A stretch of DNA of 63,338 bases, counting the filler, from Chiloscyllium plagiosum (taxonomy: Eukaryota): the NCBI RefSeq assembly GCF_004010195.1. It is 4 parts of one record of this genome, joined end to end, with 100 filler letters (N's around TTAATTAATTAA, not from the genome) between each part and the next. Parts side by side here need not be neighbours in the genome. Positions count along the whole stretch, not along the records: positions 55,943 to 63,338 come from NC_057716.1; 3 more parts are not named here. One strand, given 5' to 3'. Below, piece by piece: positions 61,301 to 63,338 of this stretch. The position numbers were made by a program, and so were the translations under genes. The number at the start of each line of letters is the position of its first letter. The first letter of the stretch is position 1. A model generated the notes under the pieces. The model was not told the origin of the DNA. It did not search any database and saw nothing but the letters and a program-made list of their open reading frames with translations.

Positions 61301-63338
61301 CAGCTGACACAGCTCCCACAGCTCCCTCAGTTCCCACTCTCCCACAGCTCCCATAGCTCCCACAGCTCCCTCAGCTCCCACAGCTCCCATAGCTCCCACA
61401 GCTCCCTCACCTCCCACTCTCCCACAGCTCCCACAGCTCCCTCAGCTCCCTCACCTCCCTCAGCTCCCACATATCCCTCAGATCCCGCAGCTCCCCCAGC
61501 TCCCACAACTCCCTCAGATCCCGCAGCTCCCCCAGATCCCACAGCTACCTCAGATCCCTCAATTCCCTCAGCTCCCACTCTCCCTCAGCTCCCTCAGCTC
61601 CCACTCTCCCTCAGCACCCTCAGCTCCCACTCTCCCTCAGCTCCCTCAACTCCCAAAGCTCCCAAAGCTCCCACAGCTCCCACAGCTCCCACGGATCCCT
61701 CAATTCCCTCAGCTCCCACTCTCCCTCAGCTCCCTCAGCTCCCTCAGCTCCCTCAGCTCTCTCAGCTCTCTCAGCTCCCACACTCCCACAGCTCCCTCAC
61801 TCCCACAGCTCCCACAGCTCCCTCAGCTCCCACACTCCCACAGCTCCCTCAGCTCCCTCACTGCCACAGCTCCCACAGCTCCCACAGCTCCCTCAGCTCC
61901 CACAGCTCCCATAGCTCCCACAGCTCCCACAGCTCCCTCAGCTTCCTCAGGTCCCACAGCTCCCATAGCTCCTACAGCTCCTACAGCTCCCACAGCTCCC
62001 TCAGCTCCCACAGCTCCCTCAGCTCCCACAGCTCCCTCACTCCCTCAGCTCTCACAGCTCCCTCAGCTCCCACAGCTCCCCCTCTCCCACAGCTCCCTCA
62101 CTCCCTCAGCTCCCACAGCTCCCTCAGCTCCCACAGCTCCCGCAGCTCTCTCAGGTCCCACTCTCCCAATCTCCCATAACTCCCTCAATTCCCTCAGCTC
62201 CCACAGCTCCCTCAGCTCCCTCAGCTCCCTAAGCTTCACCAGCTCCCTCAGCTCCCACAGCTCCCTCAGCTCCCACAGCTCCCACAGCTCTCTCAGGTCC
62301 CACTCTCCCACTCTCCCATAACTCCCTCAATTCCCTCAACTCCCCACAGCTCCCTCACTCCCTCAGCTCTCACAGCTCCCTCAGCTCCCACAGCTCCCCC
62401 TCTCCCACAGCTCCCTCACTCCCTCAGCTCCCACACCTCCCTCAGCTCCCATAGCTCCCACTCTCCCACAGCTCCAACAGCTCCCTCAGCTCCCACAGCT
62501 CCCCCTCTCCCACAGCTCCCACAGCTCCTACTCTCCCACAGCTCCCAGAGCTCCCTCAGCTCCCACATCTCCCTCAGCTCCCACTCTCCCACAGCTCCCA
62601 CAGCTCCCACAGCTCCCACTCTCCCACAGCTCCCTCAGCTCCCACAGCTCCCACTCTCCCACAGCTCCCACTGCTCCCTCAGCTCCCTCAGTTCCCACAG
62701 TTCCCACAGTTCCCACAGTTCCCTCAGCTCCCTCAGTTCCCTCACTCCCACAGCTCCCTCAGATCCCACAGCTCCCACAGCTCCCACAGCTCCCACAGCT
62801 CCCTCAGCTCCCTCAGCTCCCTCAGCTCCCACAGCTCCCTCAGCTCCCTCACTCCCTCAGCACCCACAGCTCCCACAGCTCTCTCAGGTCCCACTCTCCC
62901 TCAGCTCCCACAATTCCCTCAGCTCCCACAGCTCCCACAGCTCCCTGAGCTTCACCAGCTCCCTCAGCTCCCTCAGCTCCCAAAGCTCCCACAATTCCCT
63001 CAGCTCCTACAGCTCCCTGAGCTTCACCAGCTCCCTCAGCTCCCACAGCTCCCTCAGCTCCCACAACTCCCTCAGATCCCTCAACTACCACATCTCCCAC
63101 AGTTCCCTCAGCTCCCTCAGCTCCCTCACTCCCACAGCTCCCACAGCTCCCTCAGATCCCTCACTCCCACAGCTCCCTCAGCTCCCTCAGCTCCCTCACT
63201 CCCACAGCTCCCAAAGCTCCCTCAGCTCCCTCAGCTCCCTCACTCCCACAGCTCCCTCAGCTCCGTCACTCCCTCAGATCCCACAGCTCCCAAAGCTCCC
63301 TCAGATCCCACAGCTCCCAAAGCTCCCTCAGCTCCCTC
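58376..63338. repeat. 9-bp satellite (cagctccca/cagctccct) with 99-bp and 63-bp higher-order blocks
   Basis: catccc variant recurs every 99 bp from 58571 to 59660; 63-bp period at ~59700-60050; degenerate beyond. Confidence 0.97.

Overview
This is repeat-dense vertebrate DNA, very likely shark, judged from HE1-type V-SINEs and abundant CR1 LINEs. It contains no intact recognisable host gene. Three 100-nt N44-TTAATTAATTAA-N44 spacers show that four separate contigs or scaffolds were artificially joined. The contents are: many degenerate CR1 LINE pieces, a Rex1/Babar-like LINE, a second CR1/L2-group LINE with its partner tRNA-SINE, a TA-flanked Tc1/pogo-type MITE, Gypsy LTR elements (one probably Gmr1-like), and several minisatellites (9, 20, 27, 33, 35, 36 and 60 bp). 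Two features stand out. (1) A Gypsy LTR is split at its TATA-like motif by a ~3.4 kb array of about 20 5'-truncated, poly(A)-tailed retro-inserts (21141-24529). The inserts are separated by the same target ATAAACAGGAG, and one encodes a Tx1-like ORF2 C-terminus. This suggests a sequence-specific Tx1-clade retrotransposon that repeatedly hits another transposon's promoter. (2) About 15 short Penelope-like terminal fragments occur, often as inverted repeats with ~14-bp TSDs. Several carry intact minimal hammerhead ribozyme cores. A few weak host-exon candidates are flagged. All family names come from motif recognition by eye and not from database searches, and repeat boundaries are approximate.
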